From the NCBI GenBank assembly GCA_009729775.1, contig GCA_009729775.1_4081.1: DNA of 64,000 bases; one strand, given 5' to 3'. The notes under the pieces were generated by a model that was not told the origin of the DNA, ran no database searches, and worked only from the letters and a program-made list of their open reading frames with translations. This document shows, piece after piece, positions 50,668-60,331 of the stretch (positions are counted from its first letter, which is position 1; each line of letters begins with the position of its first letter). Position numbers and translations under genes: made by a program. This DNA is from Escherichia coli (GTDB lineage: Bacteria > Pseudomonadota > Gammaproteobacteria > Enterobacterales > Enterobacteriaceae).

Positions 50668-51138
50668 TTAAAAATCTTTATTTTTATATAGTATTCTTTG
50701 ATTATTTGAACCACGGAAAGGTAATTTTAAATTCTTTTCGGACTCGATAAACTTACCATCAACTAATACATCTAAGTACTGAAGTATATCTTTAGCATGA
50801 TTTTTCATAATCTCATCTAAAGTATACCCACTCCAGCACCAAATAGTTTTACTAGGATAAGTTTCTTTAACTACTTTGCATAGATTTAAAACTTCATCTA
50901 TATTCTTTTTCATTAATGGATCGCCGCCTAGAAGTGACAAACCACTAACATATGGTTTTTTTAGTTCCTGTAGTATAATCTCAACTGTTTCAGTACTGAA
51001 CAATTGACCACTTCTGTAATCCCATGCTTCTTCATTGAAGCAACCATCACATCCGTGCGAACACCCACTAACAAATAAAGAGCAGCGAACGCCCTCTCCA
51101 TTTACTAAATCATCCTTGATTATCGTCTGGTAATTCAT
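50668..51138 (-). CDS. nrdG: anaerobic ribonucleotide reductase activating protein (radical SAM)
   Basis: 156 aa; CSHGCDGC (C-x3-C-x2-C) cluster; adjacent to nrdD. Confidence 0.85.
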   Translation of the reverse strand: MNYQTIIKDDLVNGEGVRCSLFVSGCSHGCDGCFNEEAWDYRSGQLFSTETVEIILQELKKPYVSGLSLLGGDPLMKKNIDEVLNLCKVVKETYPSKTIWCWSGYTLDEIMKNHAKDILQYLDVLVDGKFIESEKNLKLPFRGSNNQRILYKNKDF

Positions 51139-51442
51139 CTAATATTGCACTCACTATTTCGACAAGAACATCGCCGTGACATGATTTTGGTTTACAGAAA
51201 CAACCAAGGCGTTTCCCTGCGAGTTCAAGTAATTCATCAATCTTAACTTCTCCACAAGAAATACGTTCAATAATGTATTCTCTGAATTTTTCAATTGATT
51301 CTTCTCTTGTACTAACAATGAACTCGGCTTTGGTTTGTTTATCTTTAATATGGGTAAATGGGTTTCCCCATTTAGACCCACGTCCAATATACACATCATA
51401 CGGTTCTTTGTATTTGTTAACCACAATTGGCTTTAAATCCAT
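51110..51442 (-). CDS. small conserved protein between nrdD and nrdG (DUF4326-like, from memory)
   Basis: 110 aa; motif YDVYIGRGSKWGNPF and CFCKPKSCHGD; overlaps nrdG start by 29 nt. Confidence 0.5.
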   Translation of the reverse strand: MDLKPIVVNKYKEPYDVYIGRGSKWGNPFTHIKDKQTKAEFIVSTREESIEKFREYIIERISCGEVKIDELLELAGKRLGCFCKPKSCHGDVLVEIVSAILDELPDDNQG

Positions 51443-51450
51443 AATTTACC

Positions 51451-53319
51451 TTATTTGTGCTGAATACGCTCACAACACTCTTGTTGTTTGCCTTTATTGA
51501 ATCCACGCGAAGAAGGATTACCCAAGTAACCAGAAACACGACGAATCACTGAGATTGTCTTCTCATTACGATTATCACATACCGGACAGTGGAAACCATG
51601 TTTATCTACACTGAACTCACCCTGGAAGCCACATTCATAACAATGGTCAACTGGTTGGTTAATACCAAAATATGGTATCTTCGTGTAAGCATAGTTAACT
51701 AATGTTTCAAGTGCTTGAATGTTGTTTGCTAAGTTTGGAGATTCAACATAACTGATGTTTCCACCGTTACTTAGGTAAGCAAAGCCTTCTTCATAACTCC
51801 ATTTATCAAATGGAGAACTTTCTACCCATACTGGTTGATGGAAGGAATTTGTGATGTAATCACGTTTTAGTACTGAAGGATATTTTGCTTCAATACAACG
51901 TGCAAATTTATAACAAAGTGACTCTGCTGGCGTTCCATATAGACTAAAAGCTATATTACTCTCTTTTTTGAACTCATCGCATTTTACTTTCATATAATTC
52001 AGTACTGACATACAAAACTCCTTACTGATAGAACCAGTGAGGATTTCTGAACATTCAACAAGTCCAACATAACCAATACTAATACTAGCATAACCATTGT
52101 AAAATAGCTTGTCAATGGTTTCTTCTGCACCTAAACGTGCTAATGCACCTTCCATGAACAAAATTGGATTTTGCTTTGCTTTAGTGCCTTTTAAACGCTC
52201 TACGCGGTTCATCTGAGCACGATATGCAATATTCATATGCTCGTCTATCTTATCAAAAAACTCTCCGTCAGAAGTACTCTCAAGAGCAATTAGAGGTAAA
52301 TTGATAGAAACCACACCTAAATTGAAACGACCGTTGTATTGTTCATTTCCATTTGAATCTTCCCATTTTCCTAAGAATGAACGACAGCCCATCGGTGTTA
52401 CAGCAGTACTACTACTTCCAGTCACTTTGTGATTTAATGGTACTGAAACAAAGTCAGGGTAGATTCGTTTTGATGCACAACGCATAGCTAACTGTTTAAG
52501 GTCATAATTACTATCGTTGGTATTCATGTTTATACCATCTTGTAAAAAGAAAATTACTTTAGGAAACACTGGAGTAATCTTATCTTTACCTAAACCATTC
52601 TCATGGACTTTTAAGTACTGTTCAGTGATTAATTTGCCAAATTTAGAAGTGTTAAGACCTAAACTAAGAGAAATAAATGCAGCTTGACCATTAGTACTAA
52701 TCATTGAATTAGTTTGGTAAAGTAATGTTTGGCAGCCATCATACACTTCTTTACGTAGTTCTTCTTCAATGAATTCATCACTTAGATTATATTTCTTTTG
52801 TTTTTCTAACAGCTTATCCCATGACTTTTGAACGTAAGGTTCTAATCCGACATCAATGTGAGCCAAAGATTGACCACCATACTGGGAACTGGCAACAGCT
52901 TGGACAATTTGTGTCAGTACTGTGCAAGCTACACTGAAACTTTTTGGTTCTTCAATTTTAGCACAACCAATAGTGAAGCCGTTTTTAAGCATATCAGGAT
53001 AGTTAACCAAGCAACAATTGGTCAATGGGCTAATATAGTAATCTAAATCATGAATATGACCATATCCATCATTATGCCATTGCATTAACTCGGTGGGAAT
53101 AACATCTTGTGAATAATGCTTAGATAGAATACCTGCTAGTAAATCTCTATGTGTATTGACGCATTTTGCATCTTTATTAGCGTTTTCATTAGTAAGATCA
53201 GTATTACTCTGATTTAGGAAATTTGTTACATCGGTATATAATTTATCTAATTGCATTGTACATTCCTTGTATTTTGAAATCATCTGGGGGTGAAGATATT
53301 TAATATCACCAGACAACAT
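51451..53319 (-). CDS. nrdD: anaerobic ribonucleoside-triphosphate reductase (class III)
   Basis: 622 aa; NENANKD, TNCCLV, QYGG blocks; C-terminal Zn ribbon and glycyl-radical motif RRVSGYLG; close to T4 NrdD as recalled. Confidence 0.92.
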   Translation of the reverse strand: MLSGDIKYLHPQMISKYKECTMQLDKLYTDVTNFLNQSNTDLTNENANKDAKCVNTHRDLLAGILSKHYSQDVIPTELMQWHNDGYGHIHDLDYYISPLTNCCLVNYPDMLKNGFTIGCAKIEEPKSFSVACTVLTQIVQAVASSQYGGQSLAHIDVGLEPYVQKSWDKLLEKQKKYNLSDEFIEEELRKEVYDGCQTLLYQTNSMISTNGQAAFISLSLGLNTSKFGKLITEQYLKVHENGLGKDKITPVFPKVIFFLQDGINMNTNDSNYDLKQLAMRCASKRIYPDFVSVPLNHKVTGSSSTAVTPMGCRSFLGKWEDSNGNEQYNGRFNLGVVSINLPLIALESTSDGEFFDKIDEHMNIAYRAQMNRVERLKGTKAKQNPILFMEGALARLGAEETIDKLFYNGYASISIGYVGLVECSEILTGSISKEFCMSVLNYMKVKCDEFKKESNIAFSLYGTPAESLCYKFARCIEAKYPSVLKRDYITNSFHQPVWVESSPFDKWSYEEGFAYLSNGGNISYVESPNLANNIQALETLVNYAYTKIPYFGINQPVDHCYECGFQGEFSVDKHGFHCPVCDNRNEKTISVIRRVSGYLGNPSSRGFNKGKQQECCERIQHK

Positions 53320-53397
53320 TATAGCGTCAGAACAGGTTATTTCTCTTGACCTATATCAAGGAAAAGTCACATTGGTTTTTATTTGCACAAATAGAAA

Positions 53398-53416
53398 AAG
53401 CACCACTAGGGTGCTT
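53398..53416 (-). terminator. rho-independent terminator-like hairpin upstream of nrdD
   Basis: 7-bp stem AAGCACC/GGTGCTT, 5-nt loop, followed on minus strand by TTTTCT; sequence related to nrdG terminator. Confidence 0.55.
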
Positions 53417-53518
53417 TAAAGTACTGCTAATATAACAACTGCCCAAATTAACAGTAATACATTGGTTGGGGCTGAAAAAATCATATATGCAGCAATTGCA
53501 CTACAACCTATGACAAGT

Positions 53519-53704
53519 TTAGCTAGTCTCATCTGGACTCCATGTAATAGTCACTGTGAACGTCCCTTCCTGAAAACCAAACTCATCTTGTGGGATTTGT
53601 TCAGCTAATGGGTTAAATCTTGAATCGAAGGCTTCATGCACATCTCGCTGAATATCATAGAGACTTTCACCATCGTATTCTTTTTTAAAGATTTCATTCT
53701 GCAT
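53519..53704 (-). CDS. hypothetical small protein (61 aa)
   Basis: ORF in track. Confidence 0.3.
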   Translation of the reverse strand: MQNEIFKKEYDGESLYDIQRDVHEAFDSRFNPLAEQIPQDEFGFQEGTFTVTITWSPDETS

Positions 53705-54104
53705 TGATACGTAACGACCCTCGTATTATGTCTGGATAGCCATCAAATAGTTCAATAAGTTGGTTTAACGCATAAGAACTGAAGAATGGATTATTCTTTG
53801 CAATTTCTATTCGTTTTTCAATATCCATTAATATAATCTCTGGTCTACTGAAATTACCTTTACGTCTATATGTTAGTAAACGCTCTTTGTGTCCGTTGAA
53901 CTGAAATTCAAAATATGTTGATGATGTATAATCACTTCCATCAGGAATCGGAATTGAGAAATCAACATTGTACTTATAACCAAATGCAAAAAAATAACCA
54001 CCATCTTCGAACGGTATAGTTGTATCATTTAGGTGGAAATCTATTTCATCTCCTAATATATCAAATATCTTGGTACTTAGAGACATAAAATCATCGGCTA
54101 ACAT
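53694..54104 (-). CDS. hypothetical protein (136 aa)
   Basis: ORF in track. Confidence 0.45.
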   Translation of the reverse strand: MLADDFMSLSTKIFDILGDEIDFHLNDTTIPFEDGGYFFAFGYKYNVDFSIPIPDGSDYTSSTYFEFQFNGHKERLLTYRRKGNFSRPEIILMDIEKRIEIAKNNPFFSSYALNQLIELFDGYPDIIRGSLRINAE

Positions 54105-54114
54105 TTTTTTTACC

Positions 54115-54333
54115 TTATTTTATAACTCGACAGTAGTACTGAATAATGTAAGGAAATAATGGATTATTCACGTATGTAGCGAAATTAGCTATTGTAACTT
54201 TTTTATAGTACGAATTATGAATTGTTATAAGAGTGTGGGGATCTATTGATTCTCTATTAGAGAGTTCAACATAACGCCCACACTTCATATAAGCCTTACC
54301 ATAATAATCGTAAATTATGTCATATTTTTCCAT
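54115..54333 (-). CDS. hypothetical protein (72 aa)
   Basis: ORF in track. Confidence 0.4.
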   Translation of the reverse strand: MEKYDIIYDYYGKAYMKCGRYVELSNRESIDPHTLITIHNSYYKKVTIANFATYVNNPLFPYIIQYYCRVIK

Positions 54334-54693
54334 TTATTCTGGATCTTTGTTTTTATCAACTGTGTTGTTTTTATTCAAATCAATTTGTAAAGCCATTGCA
54401 GCTTCAGCATTTTCTTCATGTGTGCCATTGAATTTATACCCATTCTTAATGAGATTCACTGTGTAGTACTTATTGTAAAGAAATGCCCACACGACCATTG
54501 CAATTGTACCCACAATCCAAAATGACACTGCGTTGAGGATGAAGTAAATTACAAATGCACCGATGAACGTAATAAAGTCACCACGAAACAATGCAGGGAA
54601 CGGTCCAAAGAATAATGTTGTCCATGAGAATCCAAAGAAACCATCTTTGCGTTGTCCTACATTTTCATTTTTTAAAGAAATAGTTTTAGCCAT
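54334..54693 (-). CDS. membrane protein (119 aa)
   Basis: Two or three hydrophobic segments. Confidence 0.45.
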   Translation of the reverse strand: MAKTISLKNENVGQRKDGFFGFSWTTLFFGPFPALFRGDFITFIGAFVIYFILNAVSFWIVGTIAMVVWAFLYNKYYTVNLIKNGYKFNGTHEENAEAAMALQIDLNKNNTVDKNKDPE

Positions 54694-54702
54694 TTTAATC
54701 TC

Positions 54703-54927
54703 CTACTTATTATTTGGGTTTGGTATACAGTACACATATACTAGATTACTAAAGTGTTCAGTACTGGAATATTTTGCTAACTCAGTAATGTGAAAGTTCT
54801 TGTCATAAAACCTTCCACTATTGAATGTTGTTATTTGGCAACAATGTATAGGTCTGAAAATATAATAATAAAATATATCATTTTCAACTACAACAGTATG
54901 GTTTGTATAACGCTCGATTTTCTTCAT
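54703..54927 (-). CDS. hypothetical protein (74 aa)
   Basis: ORF in track. Confidence 0.4.
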   Translation of the reverse strand: MKKIERYTNHTVVVENDIFYYYIFRPIHCCQITTFNSGRFYDKNFHITELAKYSSTEHFSNLVYVYCIPNPNNK

Positions 54928-55292
54928 GTGTGGATAATTTCCTTAACCCCGTATTCCATAATTGCTAATGTGCAAATTTCACATGGTTTAGCAGGTACAG
55001 GAATACCATCTTTACTTATCCGTGCAATCAGTAAAGTATGAACATCAGCACGTGCAGCTAATAAGCAAGAAATTTCAGCATGGAGAAATTCACCTTGTGG
55101 ACGTCCAGCACGAATTGCAAAACCTTTCTGTACTGGATGTGTCTGTGTATAAGAATTTGTGCGTGTTGCCAGTACTCGACCTTTTTTATCCAGTGCACGA
55201 GCAATCACACGATACCGCTTGTAGTTCCCTACTTGCTCAATAGGTGGCATCCGGCGTAATTCTTCAACAAGTTTCTCCAATTTACTATTCAT
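54924..55292 (-). CDS. compact CDA-fold zinc-dependent deaminase
   Basis: 122 aa; HAE and PCEIC zinc-binding motifs of cytidine/deoxycytidylate deaminase superfamily. Confidence 0.6.
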   Translation of the reverse strand: MNSKLEKLVEELRRMPPIEQVGNYKRYRVIARALDKKGRVLATRTNSYTQTHPVQKGFAIRAGRPQGEFLHAEISCLLAARADVHTLLIARISKDGIPVPAKPCEICTLAIMEYGVKEIIHT

Positions 55293-55915
55293 AAGTCTAA
55301 GTCTATACCCTTTTCAAGTGATTTTTCTAGAACCCAAAGTTTACATTCTTCACTCTCCAAATGTATCTTTGCCTCTTGCTGTTCTTCTATTGTACAAGAC
55401 TTTATGAATGCACGCAAGGCTTGGATTGTATTTTTTAAATTTTTTATGTCATCGATAATTTTTTCTTTGGTTTCTTCATCGATTACACATGAACTCCAAC
55501 TGTGTCGTTCCTCCCAAACTGTTTTAGTGGGATTATAAATTGATGATGTCGAAATAGCTACATGGATCTTATTAAATTCATCGTCCGCTTCTTGTTGGGT
55601 GTAATCACCATATGTTCTTAGCACATTTTTGTATAATTCATCAATGGCCTCTTCATACGTATCACCACCACAATCCAATTGATAATCATGTGCTTGTACC
55701 CATTCGTCGTCTTGCTCAATATACATTGGTGAAAGAAATTCTACCCAAAATTGAGTCTTTGTATTCAATGCTTTGAAATCTTCAATTCGATTTGTCATTG
55801 GACACACATCATGAGGTTCTATATCAATCCTAGCTGGAACCATATCTTTGTTTATGAATTTAGGATGACCCAAAATCCACCAGTACTTTTCCGATGTAGT
55901 CATAGTAATCTCCAA
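55289..55915 (-). CDS. hypothetical protein (208 aa)
   Basis: ORF in track. Confidence 0.5.
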   Translation of the reverse strand: MEITMTTSEKYWWILGHPKFINKDMVPARIDIEPHDVCPMTNRIEDFKALNTKTQFWVEFLSPMYIEQDDEWVQAHDYQLDCGGDTYEEAIDELYKNVLRTYGDYTQQEADDEFNKIHVAISTSSIYNPTKTVWEERHSWSSCVIDEETKEKIIDDIKNLKNTIQALRAFIKSCTIEEQQEAKIHLESEECKLWVLEKSLEKGIDLDL

Positions 55916-55949
55916 TTAAAAAGTACTGCACACGATGGCAGTACTGATG

Positions 55950-56309
55950 TTAAACGTAACGTTTCTTTTTATAATCATACCCTACTGCTTTGTAAAAGTC
56001 AAACAAAGAAGCATGTTCAAATGTAGGTAATAGATCATATGGGTGCTGATAGTTCGCAATACCAACAATAGCCATCATTGATTCAGCAGTTCTTACGTTC
56101 TCACTATCCCATTCATCTAAACGCCAAAGTGAGCAAAGTACCTCTCGTTCATGTTGCTTACCCAGAAAGAATCCAGCTTCACGGTCACGAAATGCACCTA
56201 CACTGACAGTACTTTTGTACCAGTCTTTTTCACCATATAATGGCATACGGATAATATGTTTTTCTTTAGCTTCTCCAAAGCGATGAAGAAATGCTACATA
56301 ATCACTCAT
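55950..56309 (-). CDS. hypothetical protein (119 aa)
   Basis: ORF in track. Confidence 0.5.
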   Translation of the reverse strand: MSDYVAFLHRFGEAKEKHIIRMPLYGEKDWYKSTVSVGAFRDREAGFFLGKQHEREVLCSLWRLDEWDSENVRTAESMMAIVGIANYQHPYDLLPTFEHASLFDFYKAVGYDYKKKRYV

Positions 56310-56476
56310 AATTTATAACCCATTACAGGTTTGGTATGATCCGGTTCGTAAGACTTTTCAGTACTGAACCCTCTGAAATTACCACGACCTGGATTCGGGC
56401 AAGCCATTCCTTGTACTGAATGCTTACCCTTATCTTTGCCACAATTTTTACATTTGTAGTCAATTACTTCTTTCAT
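56306..56476 (-). CDS. small zinc-ribbon-like ORF (56 aa), translationally coupled on both sides
   Basis: CKNC...C...C pattern; AAGGA SD; ATGA overlaps with both flanking genes; below track cut-off. Confidence 0.45.
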   Translation of the reverse strand: MKEVIDYKCKNCGKDKGKHSVQGMACPNPGRGNFRGFSTEKSYEPDHTKPVMGYKL

Positions 56477-56721
56477 TGTGCATCCTTCGGAACAGTATTA
56501 AGACGTTTGCGATTCACAATCTTCCTGCACATGAGGTTAAGATCTTGCCCATGACGCATAGTATGACATGCGTATAGTGTTCCTTGATGATTTAGTTTTG
56601 TTAAACCTTGACGGATGATTTCAGCATCCATCTCATCAACTTTAGGAGCACAACCACAGAGAATAATGGATACAAATATTGTTAATGTAATGAATATATT
56701 TTTCATGATATTTTTTCTCAT
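56473..56721 (-). CDS. lipoprotein-like small secreted protein (82 aa)
   Basis: Signal peptide with lipobox-like ILCGC. Confidence 0.45.
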   Translation of the reverse strand: MRKNIMKNIFITLTIFVSIILCGCAPKVDEMDAEIIRQGLTKLNHQGTLYACHTMRHGQDLNLMCRKIVNRKRLNTVPKDAQ

Positions 56722-57098
56722 TTAGTAAAACACGAATTATTACTGATAAGTTCATCAAGTACGTTTTGTACTTCGATAGAATTAATATCAACTTTGTAAT
56801 AATTATAGTTTTTAACTCTAAAATGTTCTTTTGATATATCAACTTTAAATTCAATAATATCAAGATTACCAATAAAATCAGACTTATCAGTTCTTAAATC
56901 CAAAATACCTAATTCCGGTTTTTGTGGTTTACATAAAATCAAACCAAATTTATTTTCTTCAAATGCCTGATTAAACATATCATAATAATCACTAATAACA
57001 AATCTAATATTATCAGTGCTTAACTTTCCTGATTTTCCTTTTTTATAAACAGAAACAATGTTTAGTTCAAAGGTTTTACCAAAGCGTGTGATTTTCAT
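56718..57098 (-). CDS. hypothetical protein (126 aa)
   Basis: ORF in track. Confidence 0.45.
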   Translation of the reverse strand: MKITRFGKTFELNIVSVYKKGKSGKLSTDNIRFVISDYYDMFNQAFEENKFGLILCKPQKPELGILDLRTDKSDFIGNLDIIEFKVDISKEHFRVKNYNYYKVDINSIEVQNVLDELISNNSCFTK

Positions 57099-58066
57099 TT
57101 TGGGCTATAACCACTTTTAATTTTAGAAATTACTTTCTTCTCGAAGAACTTACGTGCTTCTTCAATAGTTTCGAATTCTTCACCATCTGTAGTACTAGTT
57201 TTACCAATAGAACCGTACTCAATAATTACTTCACACACTGGAGCATTCAATTCAATATTATAGAATTTGTTTGAAGAATCGTGAACATATTCCAAATGTA
57301 CATTATCAGGAATGTTCTGTACATAATCATAGTTCTTGAAGATAATATCAATCATATTTTCTTCGCCGCGATCAGGAAATATTTCAGTATTATTGAGTAC
57401 TAAACGCTGTGCAGCACGGAACATATCAAAATATTGTTCGCCTTTTTTCAGTTCTTTTGTATCAGAACAGAAATGACCATAATATTCTACATAATCATTC
57501 CAAGGATAAATTCCTTCATCAGCAGTTTCAGACACGTAAGTTTCATCTTGTGGAACTTTAAAACCACGAGTTTTTGGATGAGAAATTAAGCACAGTGAAA
57601 TATTATGACCGATATCTGAATCATCAGTAATACTACCACCAACCATATGAACAACATTTTTAATACTTTCAAAATCTACATCTTCAATTTCATGATACAT
57701 TAAATGTTCTTCAATATTACTTACTAGTAATGAATTACCATTTCCGGCATCGAATTCAAAAATGAAAAGTTCTACACAATCTTCTTCTTTCATTTCAATA
57801 GTATCACTGAGTTTAATATACTCATTTTTTAATTGTTCAATATTTTCATGAGAACCAAAACTATAACGTGAACTGATATAACTACTACCGTCCAACCATC
57901 CCATATCCCAAGGTTCTTCTGACATGTATTCTGAGCTATAGAAATCAGTCAAATCATCTCTCTGAGTACAAACCGTAAGAGAACGAACATTACTAAGACC
58001 TTGAACTTCAAGATTCAGCACTGTAGTATTGCCAATTTTTTGTTCAGAAATAATTTTAGTTTTCAT
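57095..58066 (-). CDS. protein with C-terminal WGR-like domain (323 aa)
   Basis: C-terminal KFYNIEL...EYGSIGKTSTTDGEEFETIEEARKFFEKKVISKIKSGY fits WGR-domain consensus as recalled. Confidence 0.55.
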   Translation of the reverse strand: MKTKIISEQKIGNTTVLNLEVQGLSNVRSLTVCTQRDDLTDFYSSEYMSEEPWDMGWLDGSSYISSRYSFGSHENIEQLKNEYIKLSDTIEMKEEDCVELFIFEFDAGNGNSLLVSNIEEHLMYHEIEDVDFESIKNVVHMVGGSITDDSDIGHNISLCLISHPKTRGFKVPQDETYVSETADEGIYPWNDYVEYYGHFCSDTKELKKGEQYFDMFRAAQRLVLNNTEIFPDRGEENMIDIIFKNYDYVQNIPDNVHLEYVHDSSNKFYNIELNAPVCEVIIEYGSIGKTSTTDGEEFETIEEARKFFEKKVISKIKSGYSPK

Positions 58067-58283
58067 TTAAAATACCTATTGAATTGATTTACGCCATTTG
58101 GCTAGTTTAACATTCATGTAAGTAAGGAACTCACGTTCCATCTCTTCTGAACTCATATTATCGCATTACAAAGCGAACATGTCAAGTGCACAAATGCAAA
58201 GATCTACAGCTTCACCTTTGACACCATCTTTACCTGCTTCTTTATATGATAACCCATCACGGATGTTCATATTTCATATCATC

Positions 58284-58934
58284 CTACTTTTTCGATTGGA
58301 ACAATGCAATCTGTACGCGTGTGATGAACTCACGCTCTACTTCTTCAGCACTGTGTCCTTCATATTGTGTCTTGAAAAGTTCCATTGCTTTTAGGGCCAT
58401 CTGTACAGAAATGTCTGTAATACTTTCAGTACTGGTGCTTTCAAATACGTTTTTGATGGTTAGTTCACCATCACAAACATCATCAACTACAACTGGGGTA
58501 TTGTTTTGTTCATCAATGTAACGTAAAGCTTTGTACTCTGCTTTTGTTAGATTTTCATACCAACGTGGGTGGTGGAACAAATCATGCATTGTAACTTTTG
58601 CTGCTTCCATGAGAAGTAATAGCTCTTCATTTCTGCGAATATGTTTTTCTTCACCTTTATGATTTTTGTAAGTATATGCACAACGCATAATGGCTAATCG
58701 AACTTCACCTGCTTTGGTGATAGTGTATGAATGTATTGCATTATCATAATCACTTTCCCATTTCTGACCAGCATATTCGTACCAAAGTTCATTAGTTTCC
58801 CATTTAATGAAATCAAATTCTAACAAACTGTCAATCAACTTAGCCAAATTACCACTGTACTCACGGCTAATGATATTGAAACCACCATTGTACTTTGCAA
58901 GGTACAGAATCTTTTCTTGAGTTACATTTTTCAT
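58284..58934 (-). CDS. hypothetical protein (216 aa)
   Basis: ORF in track. Confidence 0.5.
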   Translation of the reverse strand: MKNVTQEKILYLAKYNGGFNIISREYSGNLAKLIDSLLEFDFIKWETNELWYEYAGQKWESDYDNAIHSYTITKAGEVRLAIMRCAYTYKNHKGEEKHIRRNEELLLLMEAAKVTMHDLFHHPRWYENLTKAEYKALRYIDEQNNTPVVVDDVCDGELTIKNVFESTSTESITDISVQMALKAMELFKTQYEGHSAEEVEREFITRVQIALFQSKK

Positions 58935-59272
58935 TACATGTAATCCTTGATGTATTTTAGCAGTTTAGATTTCTCTTCGGTACTTAATGATTTCTTGTTC
59001 ATTAAGTGTTTCATTTCTTGACGTTCAATTTCTTCACATCTTTTAGATTCAGCTTCAATTCGTGTATTATATTCTTCGTCAGTTTCTTCTCTGGTCCAAA
59101 TTACATTGTATCCATGAAAACCGCCGTAACCACTGTCTGGTGAAAGACTAATGTGACCGTTATATTCAGCACGATACTTATTAAGAGTGTCAATAAAGGT
59201 ATCAATGCCACACGGTTCAATTTCAATATAACCAATCACTACAGTAACGTCAATTTTGTTCATAAAGTTCAC
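58934..59272 (-). CDS. hypothetical protein (112 aa)
   Basis: ORF in track. Confidence 0.45.
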   Translation of the reverse strand: MNFMNKIDVTVVIGYIEIEPCGIDTFIDTLNKYRAEYNGHISLSPDSGYGGFHGYNVIWTREETDEEYNTRIEAESKRCEEIERQEMKHLMNKKSLSTEEKSKLLKYIKDYM

Positions 59273-59290
59273 CTATAAAATTAGGGAGCA

Positions 59291-59848
59291 TTAGCTCCCT
59301 TTGTATTGATGTTTATGTTTTGTACTGTATTTCCAGCCAGTACTATGTCTTGTTCTGATATCGTCCCAATACGATGGTAATGAACGCATCTTACGTCTTC
59401 CACGTATATCAGGTTCCCCCTCATCCTTCAGTACTGCACAAGCCATACGACGCTCTTGTTGAGTCTTAGGACGCTTGTATCGGGAGTGGTTATGTTTGTA
59501 CATATACGAACGCTTATGACGCCATTCCGTATCACGAGCTTTACGTTTATGTTCCCAGTACTCATTATAGAGTATCATGTATTCACCCATAAGTAAATCA
59601 GGAGATACAAGTAATCCTTTTTCAGTACAAAGATAATAACCCACAAACTTTTCTGGAAACATTTCGTAATAGAAACGGTTCTTCCAAAATGTTTCACGAT
59701 TCTTTTTGTTGAATTCTGCTAAATCAAATTTCATCTTACTGTGGAAACGATCTATCCCTTGATGGTCAGCAATGTATTGAAGTAGATCGTCTACAATCTC
59801 AACTTTACCAGAATCGTGATACAACGTAAATGTTTGGTCAAAAAACAT
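59291..59848 (-). CDS. hypothetical protein with strongly basic C-terminal tail (185 aa)
   Basis: AAGGAG SD 8 nt upstream; K/R/H/Y-rich C-terminus. Confidence 0.45.
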   Translation of the reverse strand: MFFDQTFTLYHDSGKVEIVDDLLQYIADHQGIDRFHSKMKFDLAEFNKKNRETFWKNRFYYEMFPEKFVGYYLCTEKGLLVSPDLLMGEYMILYNEYWEHKRKARDTEWRHKRSYMYKHNHSRYKRPKTQQERRMACAVLKDEGEPDIRGRRKMRSLPSYWDDIRTRHSTGWKYSTKHKHQYKGS

Positions 59849-59950
59849 ATGAAATCTCCTTTAAGTTAAAATAACCTAATGGAAAGTCATTCTTCCTTTA
59901 ATACATGTTCTCATGATTTGTTCCTTTTGTCAAGATATAGATATAAAAAA

Positions 59951-59970
59951 TCCCTGCCAAAAGACAGGGA
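59951..59970 (-). terminator. rho-independent terminator
   Basis: 6-bp stem TCCCTG/CAGGGA, 8-nt loop, followed on minus strand by TTTTTT. Confidence 0.6.
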
Positions 59971-60074
59971 CGAAAAACTGAAATAACACATGGAGTTCTT
60001 TTTAATTTAATAAAAAGTATTATTATTCTTATAAAAGTATTTATTAAGAACTCCACAATATTGCTTCAAATGAA

Positions 60075-60263
60075 TCAAAAACCTTTCTGAGCTACTAGTT
60101 CACGGTACTGTGCACGAGTTAGTACACCTTGCTTGCGTAGAGCTTGTAGACCGGATAGGGTTTCACTCTTACGTTGTTCGTACATACGTTGTTCTTTGGA
60201 TTGAATAACTTTCTCTTTCTTAACTTTTGCTACTGGTTCTTGTTTCTTAGGTTGTTTAGCCAT
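60075..60263 (-). CDS. small basic protein (62 aa)
   Basis: ORF in track; K/R/Q-rich. Confidence 0.4.
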   Translation of the reverse strand: MAKQPKKQEPVAKVKKEKVIQSKEQRMYEQRKSETLSGLQALRKQGVLTRAQYRELVAQKGF

Positions 60264-60331
60264 TTTATATCTCCTTCTGTATTATGATAACAACATTATA
60301 TCATGTATGGGACATAATGTCCCATACAATA

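Noticed and set aside
51154-51426. 90-aa minus-strand ORF
   Set aside because: Alternative frame completely inside 51110..51442, which carries the conserved motifs.
56642-56872. 76-aa minus-strand ORF
   Set aside because: Overlaps 56473..56721 and 56718..57098 in another frame; I/L/K-rich low-complexity translation.
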